30,554 bases of DNA from Spirogloea muscicola (lineage: Eukaryota), in the NCBI GenBank assembly GCA_009602725.1, contig WELB01000023.1, positions 264,360-294,913 on the forward strand. Direction: 5' to 3'. The position numbers and the translations under genes were made by a program. Shown piece by piece: positions 1 through 12,301 of the stretch. The notes beneath the pieces were generated by a model. The model was not told the origin of the DNA. It made no database searches and was given only the letters and a program-made list of their open reading frames with translations. Position 1 is the stretch's first letter; each line of letters starts with the position of its first letter.

Positions 1-99
1 GCACCCGGCTCTGCACCGCTGTGACTGGTGGATCCGGGTCGCTATGTCCGCCTCGATCTGCGATGTTGGCAAGTGGTCGTATGCCCGTCCACTGTGGCT

Positions 100-1250
100 T
101 CTTCACAAGGAGTCCATATTGGAGTCCAAGGCCCAGCAACGAGCTGTTCTTAGCTTCACATCTTTCCAAGTGTGCTTTGAGCACTGCAAAGGACGAGCAA
201 CATGTTAGCATCTCTTCAACAAGCCCACTCATACAAGCTGTTAACTCTCGTTGTCATTCTACTACCAAGCACATGATCTCTTACATGCTTGCAACAAGCG
301 CAGCAAGTCATCTTCAGTAGGGAGGCTCAGATTCCCAATCTTCTGGGTTGCATAGTCTCGCCCCATACATAGCTGCAGCTAGTGGAAGCCAACTTGCTCG
401 CAACCAACTAGATGGAGGTTCCGCCTCCTTGTACAAGATTCCATCGCGTTATGGATCGACATGCAATCTCCTTCAGGTGCTTAAGATAGGGTATCTACAT
501 AATGGCAAGGTATGAGCATATAGCAAGTCAATCTTGGGCCTCTCTGGCAACATGCACGGTCGTGCACTTCGAGAAGCAGGTCACACGACTGGATGCAGAT
601 CGTGGCGTCTTTGTGCTAGAAATTTGAGACTGGGTAGAGGGCCAGAATCCTAGATCTGTGAACCAATGCAGCCACTCATACAATCAGAGACATACCTTAC
701 TCAATCTCTTTGCTTAGTCTTTCCGCAGCTTACACCATTTTAGGATCGCGCATACTAACAAGTGCAGCTGAAAATGCAGTTGCTGGTCAATGGATCTGCA
801 GACCGTTCACCCTGTAAGGTGCAGAAATGTAGATAACTGTGTACACTGCGTCAAGGTCATCAGAGTACAGTGCTTGTCTTATTGAGGACGTCACATCAAG
901 GACGGCACCGAATGCATGTACATGCGCCACCGTCCTGAGAAGTTGGTCCTGTTGCTGCTACGAACCTGCTGTGCCTTACAGATAGACTGCTTGTAAGCCC
1001 GTTGCATGTATGATGGCTCCTGAAACACAGTCTCCATATTATGAAGTGGCAATAGCAGGACTGCTGCCTCCATTCGATTGCCATTGCGTCGAGCTCAGAG
1101 GGATGCATGTCTCATTGCATAACATGCTTTGGTCGAGCAGTGAGCATACTTCGGGCGCTGCTAACGAGTATTGGCTGCACTTGTTTTGCATCACCCATAC
1201 CACCAAGTCTGCGTTCTTGGAATGCTGGTGCGTCATTAGAAGGAAAGTCT
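100..1250 (+). mobile_element. Probable highly decayed L1-type LINE ORF2 3' portion (post-RT region to zf-RVT)
   Basis: Frameshifted motif remnants occur in L1 order: YLGVP-like near 117-130; LIQAVNSRCHSTTKHMISY resembling LINSVLSSLP.Y.MS near 228-285; WKPTC..P..DGG resembling W..VC.PK..GGLG near 383-420; C..C...PET..H near 990-1045; W..W-like near 1215-1245. Many stops; pattern recognition only. Confidence 0.35.
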
Positions 1251-1296
1251 GTAGGCTCACGAGCCTACTTCTGATGCTATGCTCTAGGGAGAGAAG

Positions 1297-1380
1297 GTCT
1301 TCCAGTAGATGGCGATGGCTGAGTGGATTGGCCAGCCCAGAGAAAGAATATACAAAGTGCGTAGAGGCCAGACAAGCGCT
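1297..1380 (+). repeat. Dispersed degenerate repeat, copy upstream of eIF5B
   Basis: gtcttccagtagatggcgatggctgagtggattggccagcccag...caaagtgcgtagaggccagacaagcgct aligns with the reverse complement of 27548-27632. Confidence 0.8.
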
Positions 1381-3127
1381 AAAGCACACTGCTCTATGCC
1401 TGACTTTTCCAAATCACACTAGCACACGACTGGTGCCAGTCCGGATTGTCTTAGGGGCCGGAAAGGCTGGGCCTGCACGGTTGCTGCCGGCACGAGGCGT
1501 TCGCCCAGGAGGTGGAAGCCCAGGGCGAGGAGAAAGGCACAACGGCGTCTGGCAGTACAACACAGATGGTGGAGAGAGGTTGTCTTACCAAGAGATGCAC
1601 AGCTGGCCACTGTTACACGAGCACGAAGTACCTGGCCGAAGAGTGTTCATGTCTGTGGTTGGCATGCTCTTAGGCGCTTACTCATCGCTTAGGAGGCCAA
1701 GCACTCACAAGGATTTGAAAGATAGTTTCAAGAGTGTTTTGGTACGTTTGCGGAGAGAATGTTGATCTTAATATGCGTTACAACTCTATTTCATCGATAC
1801 CAGAGATGCTCTTCGAGTACTTACTCAGGATACCGACTGCATCCTGTTGCTTTGCAAGATCAACCTTGGCGACGTCTTTCTTGCGATCGTGGTAGTAGCT
1901 AGCTTGGGCTTGGCACAGACGATATCAATTCCAAATACAACTATAAGCTTCCGCCTGATAAGATTGCTCAAGATGAAGGCATGGCAAGGATGTATTATTG
2001 ATAGTGGCATAACATAAGAGCTCTGCGCACTAGCGGCTGTAAATAGTCCTGGTAGCGAGGTTCCAGACTGCAGAAATTAACTGCTTTGTGTGGCAGGCTA
2101 GGGCTCTTCTTCACATGCTTCTCCTCAACAGGAGCACGTTGAAAGGGCAAAGACTGGATCTAAAAAACCTTCTGGCAAGCGCTGGGCAATTTTGCAGCAG
2201 CAATGGACGAGACAAACACTTGAGCAAAAGAGAACGGACGCCTTCGAAAAGGCAGTGGCTGTGGGTGGCCAGCCCAAAGCGATGGAGTCCTTGTCAAGGA
2301 CGTTCTGTGCTTGAGAGTGCTCTGACATGGGGGCAGCCTGAGGAATCAGCCACAAAGAGGAGGTAAGTAGCAAGAGCCTGCTTCCTAAAGCCGTAAGTAA
2401 CTCAGAGATGGTGAGCTGGACACCGCCACCACAAAATTTTCAAGATGCAACCAAGAAAGCAACAGCAACGAGTTAATTACTGCACAAGCACAGTAGAGGC
2501 AAGACAGCAGCCCGAGGTCAAACAGAATGATGTGTAGGACGAACCTACTTAACTGATCCCAGAGCAGCATCTGATTGGCGGTCGCTTGAAACAGAGTTTT
2601 GTAAGCCCTATAGGAGTGTTGGTGTATTACTCCGTGCAGAAGTGGCAAATGAAGGTACACAGCTATCATAGCCGAATTCCTGTGTGTCTTCTCAAGCGCT
2701 TGCTGCTTCTATACACAACAACCGCATGCATAGGACATGTATGAGCGAGCTAGTAGGTCGAAGATTGCCTGCTTATAGTAACTGCAGCTGCCAAGCTGCA
2801 GCGTCACATGTGGAGGGCAAGAAGCTTGTGAACCTCCCAAAGAGGGACAAATCCGCTCCACTAGCCATCGACGTCCACTGGGCTTTTGGGTGTCAGTGGC
2901 TGGACCCTTTTGACCTGGCTTGCACGCTGCGCGGTGTCCCAACAGCGGCATGGCAGGCTGACCCCATTGCCGCCGGCGCCGTGGCGCGGGTTTTCCATTT
3001 GCCTTTCCATTTCCCTACAGTTGTCCTTGGCCCACGCCTTGCATCTGCGTGCTGGCCGTACTCTAGATGCTGCCTCTGGCCATTGTCAAGGGACCGGCTG
3101 CTAGTCTTTCTGACTTGCAGCTGCTGC

Positions 3128-3520
3128 TATACAAAGTCTGAAAGGGCCGGAAGGCGCAAATAGCACATTCCTATTCTTGACTTCTGTGAGTGAGTGCCAA
3201 AAAGATTGGACAAGAACCGGAGCCAAGGAACGGAAGCTCATCCAAAAGGGGTGCGAGGGCCAAACAGAAGACAGACTCTTAGTAGAGGGCGATGGCTGTA
3301 ATTTGCCAGTGCAGAATATAGAATGAGCAAAGTTTTTGAACGGCCAGAAAAGCAAAGGCTATACAGCACGCAGCGACTCAATTGGCCACTGGGTGCTCAA
3401 ATGACAATGGACAGAGTCCGAAGTGGCCGAAAAGAAGAAGTGGCACTCCCAATGGGGGCAAGGGCTGCGAAAAGCCAGCCCAAAAAGAATTCACAAAGGT
3501 TCAGGGGCCTAAGAGCGGTG
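3128..3520 (+). repeat. Cluster of dispersed-repeat copies in the eIF5B 5' flank
   Basis: Copies near 3128-3157, 3272-3402 and 3443-3520. The 3272-3402 copy shares the tail cagcgactc..tggccactgggtgctcaa with the 22771-22904 copy. Another core copy lies at 2238-2280. Confidence 0.75.
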
Positions 3521-3935
3521 AGCAGCTACAAAGGGGCCTGAGAGAAGGCGCGCGGGGCGCATGAATTGAAAGGGAGGCCAATTCAAGCCAATACATTGTT
3601 CAGGCAGAGTCGAGTGCAGACTAAACAATGCTACATAATACGGAGACCTAATCTAAGGTACCTAAGATGACATTAGTACCCACGGGTGAGCACAAACAAA
3701 TCTGACAAGCTAACTTGGGGAGCTGGAGCGCCGCCACGAAAGCCGGAGGCCTGACTTAGAGCGCGCCTTGCACGTTGATGCCTGAGGAGGCAATGGTAAA
3801 ACAGGGGGAGGATGGATCACTCAATAAGTACGAGTGAGGAGCCTCAGATCCGACAGACTAGCTGCCGGGAAGCTATCACCCTGACGAAAGCCAGAGCCCG
3901 CAGCGAGAGCACGGCCAGCTCGCAGATGCAGAGCG

Positions 3936-4375
3936 NNNNNNNNNNNNNNNNNNNNNNNNNNNNNNNNNNNNNNNNNNNNNNNNNNNNNNNNNNNNNNNNN
4001 NNNNNNNNNNNNNNNNNNNNNNNNNNNNNNNNNNNNNNNNNNNNNNNNNNNNNNNNNNNNNNNNNNNNNNNNNNNNNNNNNNNNNNNNNNNNNNNNNNNN
4101 NNNNNNNNNNNNNNNNNNNNNNNNNNNNNNNNNNNNNNNNNNNNNNNNNNNNNNNNNNNNNNNNNNNNNNNNNNNNNNNNNNNNNNNNNNNNNNNNNNNN
4201 NNNNNNNNNNNNNNNNNNNNNNNNNNNNNNNNNNNNNNNNNNNNNNNNNNNNNNNNNNNNNNNNNNNNNNNNNNNNNNNNNNNNNNNNNNNNNNNNNNNN
4301 NNNNNNNNNNNNNNNNNNNNNNNNNNNNNNNNNNNNNNNNNNNNNNNNNNNNNNNNNNNNNNNNNNNNNNNNNNN
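3936..4375. other. Assembly gap (N run) at the eIF5B 5' end
   Basis: Run of N; other gaps lie at 12861, 21722-22604 and 27083-27142. Confidence 0.99.
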
Positions 4376-4390
4376 GGCGGCGCGGCCGCC

Positions 4391-7300
4391 ATGGCGCGCG
4401 CCGAGCGCGAGGACGACGCCGAGGCCGCGGCAGGTGGCGCGACGGGCGCGGCGTCTTCCGTTGGCGGCGGCAAGAAGAAGGGCAAGAAGGGCAGGAATGC
4501 TGCGCAGGAGGACGACGACGAGGCCGCCATGAACGCGCTTCTAGCGGAGCTCGGCGGCGCGCCGGAGCGTGACGCGGCGCCGGCGCCGGCGGCGAATGGC
4601 GCGGAAGACGGTGACGAGCCGCCGGGGGCGGCGACGGCGTCCGCCGCCGACGACGACGAGGACGGCTCGTTGGCGCTGGCGGCCGCACTCGGCGGCAGGA
4701 AGAAGAAGGGGAAGGCGGGCAAGAAGGCGGCCCGGGACGCGGACGACGAGGCCGAGATGGACGCGCTGCTGACCGAGCTCGGCGGCGGCGGCGGCGGCAG
4801 CCAGCCGGCGGCGGCCGCGAACGGATTCGGCAACAATGAGGAGCACAAGGAGGCGGACGACGGCGAAGCTGCAGGCGTCCCGGCAGCCATTGCTGGCGGC
4901 CGGAAGAAGAAGGGGAAGGCCGGGAAGAAGTCGGCGCGGGAGGGGCTGGACGACGACTACGCCGAGATGGACTCGCTCCTGGCCGAGCTTGGCGGCGCGC
5001 CGCCGCAGCCGGCGGAGGCGGCGGCGACGGCTACGAATGGCGCTCATGCCGGCGACGGCGAGCGGCGGGAGGAGGACGATGATGCGTCGATCGCCAGCTC
5101 TGCCGGCAGTAAGAAGAAGGCGAAGAAGAAGGGGACGAAGGCGGCGGCACAGGAGCCAGACGACGCGGACGATGACACAGTGCTAGCCGCACGGGCTGCC
5201 TCTGCGAGCGTTGCTGTGTCAGCGGAGGACTATGAGGAGCCTGAGGCTGGGCCGCCGTCGGACGCTGAGGGCGAGGACGCCATGATGGCAGCAGCTCTTG
5301 CAGGGATGAGGAAGGCGGGGAAGAAGGGGGTAAAGGCTGTGCGAGGCGTGGAGGATGAGGCCGAGATGGACGACGTCCAGGCCGAGCTCGAGGGCCGGCC
5401 AGAGGCAGCTGCGGCTGCACCAGCAGAAGCGGTGGTGGACGCAGCAGAGCCCAGCACGTGGAACGGGGTCAGCGACAACGACCGCCAGCCGGAGATGGCA
5501 GTCGCGGGAGCTGAGGAGGATGCTGATGTCCCGGTGCTTGCCTTCAGTGGCAAGAAGAAGAAAGGGAAGAAGGGGAAGAAGGGGCCACAGGATCCGGAGG
5601 ATGAGGGGGAGATGGCCGAGCTCGATGGAAAGCCGGGGGCTGTGTTGGACGCAGCAGAGCGTCCAGCCCGGGAAGCGGTGGATGAGGAGCCGCTGATAAC
5701 GACCGTGAACGGCGCTGCCGAAGGCCAGCGGCAGGAGTCTGGCGCCGCAACCGCAACCGATGCAGATGGCGAGGAGGTGGCGATCACATTCGAGGGCAAG
5801 AAGAAAAAGGGCAAGAAGGGCAAGAAGGAACTTAAAGAGGATGCTGCAGAGGAAGACGTGCGCCTTACTGAAGCTGATGGCCTGCCCAAAGCTGCAGCAG
5901 CGGCCTTGGCAGATACTGCGTCTCCATCACCTATCGAGGGCGGCAGCGATCCACAGGAGGCAGGGCCGTTGGATGCGGATGCTGTGGACGGGGTTGACGA
6001 CACCGCTGTACAATCCCTCGATGACAAGAAGAAGGGCAAGAAGGGCAAGAAGACGGGCGGCGCAGCGTCGCTGCGAGCCCTGCAGGATGAGGATGATATC
6101 GAAGCTCTCCTTGCTGAGCTCGACGGCCCATCAAAGATGGCAGCATCGTCATTGCAGCAGACCCAGGCATCAGCACCCATCAAGGTGGAGGCAGCAGCTG
6201 CAGCACCGGTGGCAGCTGATGCGGCCTTGCCAGAGGGCGTGTCAACAAATGAGGCTGCTGTCACAGGCGGCGGCGCAAGTGCTGACAGCGCTGATTCGGC
6301 AGCGGTTGCTGCTGGTGCCAAGAAGGGAAAGAAGGGGAAGAAGGGGAAGCAGCGCACACAAGAGGAGGAGGACGAGATTGATGCGCTGCTGGCTGAGCTT
6401 GAAGGACCCCCCAAGGGTGCCCCACCTGCTGCTCCTCAGGCTCGGGCGCTCCCTGCGTTGGAAGAGGGTCCGCCCTTGGCTTCCGCGGCAACAGAGTCGC
6501 CTGTGGATGGGGAAGGGGCTGTGGCCGAGGCAGCGGCAGTCGAGGGCGGCGACGATGACGAGTTGCAAGAGCCAGGTGCGCAGGAGTCGGCAGCTGGCAA
6601 GAAGAAGCGGAAGAAGAAGGAGAAGGAGAAAGCTGCCAAGGCCGCTGCGGCCGAGAAGAAGGAGACAGATGCCGGTGACGCCGCGCCTGCAGCGGAGGCT
6701 GCAACGGTGGTGGCAGCGGCCACAGCGGCTGCCAAAGGCAAGGCAGGTGGCGCTGACAAGAAGCTGCCAAAGCACGTGCGGGAGATGCAGGAGAGGCTCG
6801 CGCGGCTCAAGGAGGCGGAGGAGAAGCGGCGCGCGGAGGAGGAGGAGCGGCGGCGCAAGGAGGAGGAGGAGGAGGCCCGTCTTGCGGAGCTGGAGCGGCA
6901 GAAGGAGGAGGCCAAGAAGCGGCGCAAGGAGCGCGAGAAGGAGAAGCTCCTGCAGAAGAAGAAGGAGGGTTTGCTGCTCACTGGTATGGGCAACGAAGCC
7001 CCTGATCTGCGTGTCCATGTAATGGTCTGAGCCCTGTTGATAAGTTGTATTGCGTATGAACTTCTTCATGCGCAAATTCACTGTGGCCACAGATGATACT
7101 TACTAGAAACGTCCGGCGTGCAGGCAAGCAAAAGGAGGAAGCGAAGCGCTTGGCGGCGATGCGTCAGCAGCTCCTTGCCCAGGCCGGGCTAGATACTGAC
7201 GAGGTGGATGCTGCCGAGCCGCCAACGCCTGGCGCTCAGAAGAAGAAGGTCATCTACGAGAGCAGGAAGAAGCGGAGGCCAAGCGCTCAGACGTCGGCTG

Positions 7301-10300
7301 ACGAAGTTCAGCACGCTGGCGACTTGGTGGATGACAAGCTGGGGGAGGTTGTGGATGCTGAGCCCACGGAGAGGGCAGCTGAGCAGGCCAGTGAGGATCA
7401 CCAGGAGGACAACGAGGAGTACCAGGAGGAGGACTCCGTGCAGAAGACAGAGGCTGTTGTGCAAGAGGAGGCCGAGCCGTCTGCTGCAGTTCAGGAGGAG
7501 GAGGAGGAGGAGGAGGCGGAGGAGGAGGAGGAGGCGGAGGAGGAGGAGGAAGACGAGTGGGATGCCAAGAGCTGGGACGCAGATGACGTCGCGTTGCCTG
7601 CGCTGAAGAAGCGGGGCGCGTTTGACGAGGACGAGGAGGAGAGCGAGGAGGAACGCGCTGCTGCTGCTACCAGAACGTCGACGAAGCCCACGGCTAGAGC
7701 GGAGCCGGCAAAGAAGACTTTGGTAAAGCAGGCGTCCACCTCCAGGGAGGCGCCGATCAAGGCCCGAGGGCCACCGAAGCAGCCGCAGCGCCAGGCTGCT
7801 GAGTCTCGGAGCGAGAATGACTCGGAGGACGATGAGGAGGACGAGAGCGACGTGACAAGTGATTCTGGGACGGACAGTGAGGATGACAATGCTACAGTGA
7901 GGAAGAAGCGCGAGGCACGACAGCGGCGGGAGGCACGCAAGGCCGAGGCGCTGAGCCAGCGCAGCGCTGAGGATCTGCGATCGCCCATTTGCTGCATTCT
8001 TGGCCACGTAGACACAGGCAAGACGAAGCTGCTGGATTGCATCCGGCGGACCAACGTGCAGGAGGGCGAGGCGGGGGGCATTACGCAGCAGATTGGGGCG
8101 ACGTACTTCCCCATGGAGAACATCCGCGAGCGCACCAAGGAGCTCAAGGCCGACGCTACGCTCCGTGTCCCAGGTCTCCTGATCATCGACACGCCTGGCC
8201 ACGAGTCGTTCACCAACTTGAGGGCCCGGGGTTCTAGCCTGTGCGACATCGCCATCCTGGTGGTGGACATCATGCATGGCTTGGAGCCGCAGACCATCGA
8301 GTCCCTGAATCTCCTTAAGAGCAAGAAGACCCCTTTCATTGTGGCCATGAACAAGGTTGACCCCCTTGCCCACCTATCTGGTCATTTGTAGACCATCAGG
8401 CTAAACAGTTAGTGCATCAGGGACTAAAGACCATCAGGCTAGATAGTAAATATTTCAGGGTCTGAAGAAAGAGAGATTGAATACTGGACTCCGCCAATAC
8501 TGCTGTCTTGTCACCATTCTGACGAGCATGCAAATCTGGGCAACTGTCAACACTTTGCTAATCTATGTCGAGTGCTTGCCATTGCTTCATGATCAGGTGG
8601 ACCGTCTGTATAGCTGGAAGTCCATGCTAAATGCGCCGATCCGAACTTGCTTAAAACAGCAGAACAGGGATGTGATCCTTGAGTTTGATCGACGATCTGA
8701 ACAGGCAAGCTCCCTGCTTGCTCAATCAGTATATTGGAATTAGGGTTTGTTGTCTGAGCTGGTAGGCCTCTTGTTGACAGCATGAGTAGCAGGCTACGAT
8801 GTCTTTCAAAATATTTGGCACAAAAGCAAGCAACACCATTCAAATGCTTGGACACAGCAGGACTGACTTGACCTGCACATGTCAAATAGATAATTACGCA
8901 ACTCAAGGAGCAAGGGCTCAACTCATCCCTTTACTACAAGAATCCAGACATTCGCAAGTACCTCAGCATAGTGCCTACAAGTGCCATCAGGTGAGAGCAC
9001 GAAAGTGGAAATTAATGGGATGCATATTGGATTGATCAAAAGTTTATGAATACTGAATCAAGTTATGGGTCTCCTGCCTGCAGTGGTGAAGGCATTCCCG
9101 ACATTCTCTTGCTCCTGGTCCAGCTCACTCAAAAGATGATGGAGGAGAAGCTCATGTTCATCACCGAAGTCCAGGTAGCTTGAAGATCCAACCTTGACAT
9201 CTGTTTACTCACTTGGCCAATCAAGAGCGACACGAGCCTTGAAGCCCATCCACTTGAGCTACCACTCAGAATAAGCGTCCACTTTGGTCTAGTATATGCT
9301 CTGTGGAACTTATGCCAACTTCTGGTTGCATGTTGATGTGAACAGTGTACAGTGTTGGAAGTGAAGGTCGTGGAGGGGCTTGGAACAACCATTGATGTTG
9401 TCCTTGTAAATGGCATCCTGCACGAAGGAGATCAGATTGTTGTGCCTGGCCTGCAGGTCAGCTTGCTTCACCAGTCTGGAAGGCATGCATGGTCAGGTGC
9501 TTACTCCTGGATGCAACGTAGCAGGAGGTTATAATGGGTTATGCATTCAAGCACACTGACACTGTGATTTACCGCAGGGACCCATTGTGACAACGATCAG
9601 AGCGCTCTTGACGCCGCACCCTATGAAGGAGCTGCGCATCAAGGTCAGCAATGGGTCATCCATGTTGATGTTGAATATTCTAGACACCAGCCGGGTTACC
9701 CAAACCATCAGTTTCAGTAAATCTTCATAAAGGATTTTCAGGGACCGGATTAGTCCATCATTCATCGTGGGCTGAAGCGAGCTATCATTTGAGAAGATCC
9801 TTAATCTGCCATCTGAAAATCTGAAAGATAAGGCTGACCTAAGAGTGGACTCTGTTGCTGCAGGGCTCCTACCTTCACCACAAGGAGCTGAAGGCTGCAC
9901 AAGGAATCAAGTTAACTGCACAAGTAAGGCTGATGATGATATTCTTGTCACGAAGTTGCTGCACTGTACTGCATGAAGGTTGCACATTGCATTCACTGTC
10001 ACACTTGGCCCCACCAGCTTGGTTGGAACCTTGATTCCTTGGCACCCTTTGATAACAGTGCAGTCCATTCATGACAGTGCACTCCACACGCAGGGCCTGG
10101 AGCACGCAATTGCAGGCACTCAGCTGTATGTGGTGGGGCCTGATGATGACGTTGAGGACATAAAGGAGGAGGCCATGCAGGATATTGGCACCGTGCTGAG
10201 CCAGGTGGACAAGAGCGGCGAGGGCGTGTGCGTGCAAGCGTCCACGCTTGGATCTCTTGAGGCCCTCCTGGAGTTCCTCAAGAGCCCGGACGTCAAGATC

Positions 10301-11657
10301 CCTGTGTCGGGTATCAGCATCGGCCCCGTTCACAAGAAGGACGTGATGCGGGCTTCCGTCATGCTCGAGCGGAAGCGGAAGGAGTTTGCCGTCATCCTTG
10401 CTTTCGATGTCAAGGTCAGCTCTTTCAATGTTGAGTCTCATACAGCTTGTGCTGGAGGCCTTGGTTGTGCAACTTTATCCTGTGGGTAGGCTCATCAAAG
10501 AGAGAATTACTCATCTGCATTCTGGAGTGGCCAGGTCACAACGGAAGCCCGCGAGATGGCGGAGGAGGTGGGGGTGCGAATATTCATTGCAGACATCATC
10601 TACCACCTGTTTGACCAGTTTACGGCTTACATGGCCAACCTCAGAGAAGAGCGGCGCCGAGAGAAGGCAGAGGAAGCTGTCTTCCCCTGCGTACTCAAGA
10701 TTATGCCCAACTGCATCTTCAATAAGAAGGACCCTATCGTGCTAGGTGTGGAGGTTGTGGATGGGATTGCCAAGGTATGACCGTCATCAGGAGCTGTACA
10801 TATGGGCCACCCACATTGTGCTTTGTCCTGTTTCCTGATCCTGCTGCATTAAGTAACACATCAGCTGGCTGTGTATAGCATCTATAATGATCAACATCTT
10901 CTGCATGTCCTTTATAGTAGCTGAAAGACTATTGGGTTTTGTTCCAGATTGGCACACCTATTTGTGTGCCATCCAAGGGTTTCATAGACATAGGCAAGAT
11001 TGCTTCTATTGAGATCAATCACAAAGTTGTTGACATGGCAAAGAAGGGCCAGGCTGTGGCAATGAAGGTAAAGATCTATCTATGTGCTCACTGCGCACCG
11101 GTTGGCTTGTTCAATGGGCAGCAATTCTTGTTGACTGGAAAATGGCAGGACATTTGGCAACTTGTTGGCACATTGGGGCATGTTGTGCAGAGAAAATTTC
11201 CAAGGCCTTCTGCAGAGAAGTGCACAGCAAGCGCATACTCACTAAACAACCTTGTATTCCAGATATTGGGCACGAATGCCGAGGAGGTGCAGAAAATGTT
11301 TGGGCGGCATTTTGAGCAGGAAGATGAGCTAGTAAGCCACATCACGCGGAATTCAATAGATGTCCTTAAGGAGAACTATAGGGTGAGGTCCCACTTCTCC
11401 TTGCTGCATAACTCATAGCTGCAAGTAGTGATCGCATTCTACGCAGGCAGCTGAGCAGTGAAAGCCTGTCTCATTGCTGATGACATATGGTGGTGAGCAT
11501 CTGACTTTCGGTTGCAAAGGGCATGGCTTCAAGCTCTCATATCTGTCCTGCTTGAAGGGCTCAGGCCTGATTATCTTTTTTGGTTGTGCAGAATGACCTT
11601 TCCAAGGACGACTGGGTCTTAGTGGTCAAGTTGAAGAAGCTCTATGAGATACCCTAG
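4391..11657 (+). CDS. eIF5B: Eukaryotic translation initiation factor 5B (IF2 family GTPase), 13 exons, about 1742 aa
   Basis: G-domain motifs [46 protein letters not shown] and NKVD; C-terminal domains II-IV are recognisable ([43 protein letters not shown]). Exons: 4391-6983, 7124-8355, 8597-8704, 8890-8990, 9084-9174, 9346-9456, 9578-9643, 9864-9923, 10094-10414, 10535-10774, 10948-11067, 11263-11382, 11592-11657 (TAG). These total 5229 nt and stay in frame. The ATG at 4391 has GCCGCCATGG context, but the true start could lie in the N-gap 3936-4375. Confidence 0.97.
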
Positions 11658-12301
11658 CCCTACGTCGTGTGCTTTGCTGAGCACAAACACCCCCTGTAAG
11701 CATCAGAATCGCTTGCCCACAGCGCAAGCAGCATCGGGGGGAATGGGTGGCTGCTGTTGTCAGCTGGTCGCACGTTCCTTTGGCCTCCCGCTCGTGTGCC
11801 CAGCACCACCTGAGCTGGGCTTTGCTTACTTTGCCTGTGCCGTGCTTGCGCACACTGCCACGCCTTCCTCCATGAGAATATCTGTGGCAGATTGGCAGGA
11901 GGGAGGACCTGCTGTTTGCTGATCAGGTGCCAGAGCTAGGTGAAGCTGGTATACACGGTAAAGTGGCAGTTGCAGAAGGGCCAGCCTGAGATCAACGACA
12001 GGAGTGCCTGCAATGCAATTAGTTAAACACGGGTCCTGAGCCACAGACATCAACGAGTCAATTCCGAGGAAGCTGTCACGCCTTGTTGAAAGCTCCCTGG
12101 GATATGGCCACTGGTCCAGCGAGTCTGAGCCGCAGCATGTCTGAGGGGCTCTGATGTCGTGACCCGACTGGCGCGGAGAGATCAAAGCGTGGTCAATGTT
12201 AGGAGGGGGCTTCTCGCTGTGTGCAACCCCGGCGAGCTGCAATGACCTGAGCACAGTGCCGTCCGTGCAAGATGGAGAGGAAGCTGCTATTGACATTCTT
12301 T

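Noticed and set aside
3812..4390. ORF-track extension of eIF5B to ATG 3812
   Set aside because: The frame runs only through an N-gap of uncertain size, and the upstream peptide has no eIF5B similarity.
3844..8373. Long antisense and alternative-frame ORFs over eIF5B exons (also over NOP58 and PPR 5' ends)
   Set aside because: Shadow ORFs caused by high GC and low-complexity codon usage.
8390..8468. About 39-bp imperfect tandem duplication (agaccatcaggcta...) in an eIF5B intron; also a 13-bp duplication near 19272-19298
   Set aside because: Ordinary slippage-type local duplications.
8740..8748. Perfect telo-box (AAACCCTAA, minus strand) in an eIF5B intron
   Set aside because: A single 9-mer far from the TSS; could be chance.
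9930..10093. Box C-like ATGATGA near the start of an eIF5B intron (intronic C/D snoRNA?)
   Set aside because: No box D (CTGA) downstream within the intron and no recognisable rRNA antisense element.
11476..11570. CTGATGA...CTGA with a cttcaagc/gcttgaag stem in the last eIF5B intron
   Set aside because: Box C is imperfect, there is no terminal stem and I could not identify a guide sequence; insufficient for a snoRNA call.
12060..12130. Possible decayed CCHC zinc knuckle (FRGSCHA...GYGHWSSE)
   Set aside because: Requires frameshifts and substitutions at key Cys/His residues; no supporting gag context.
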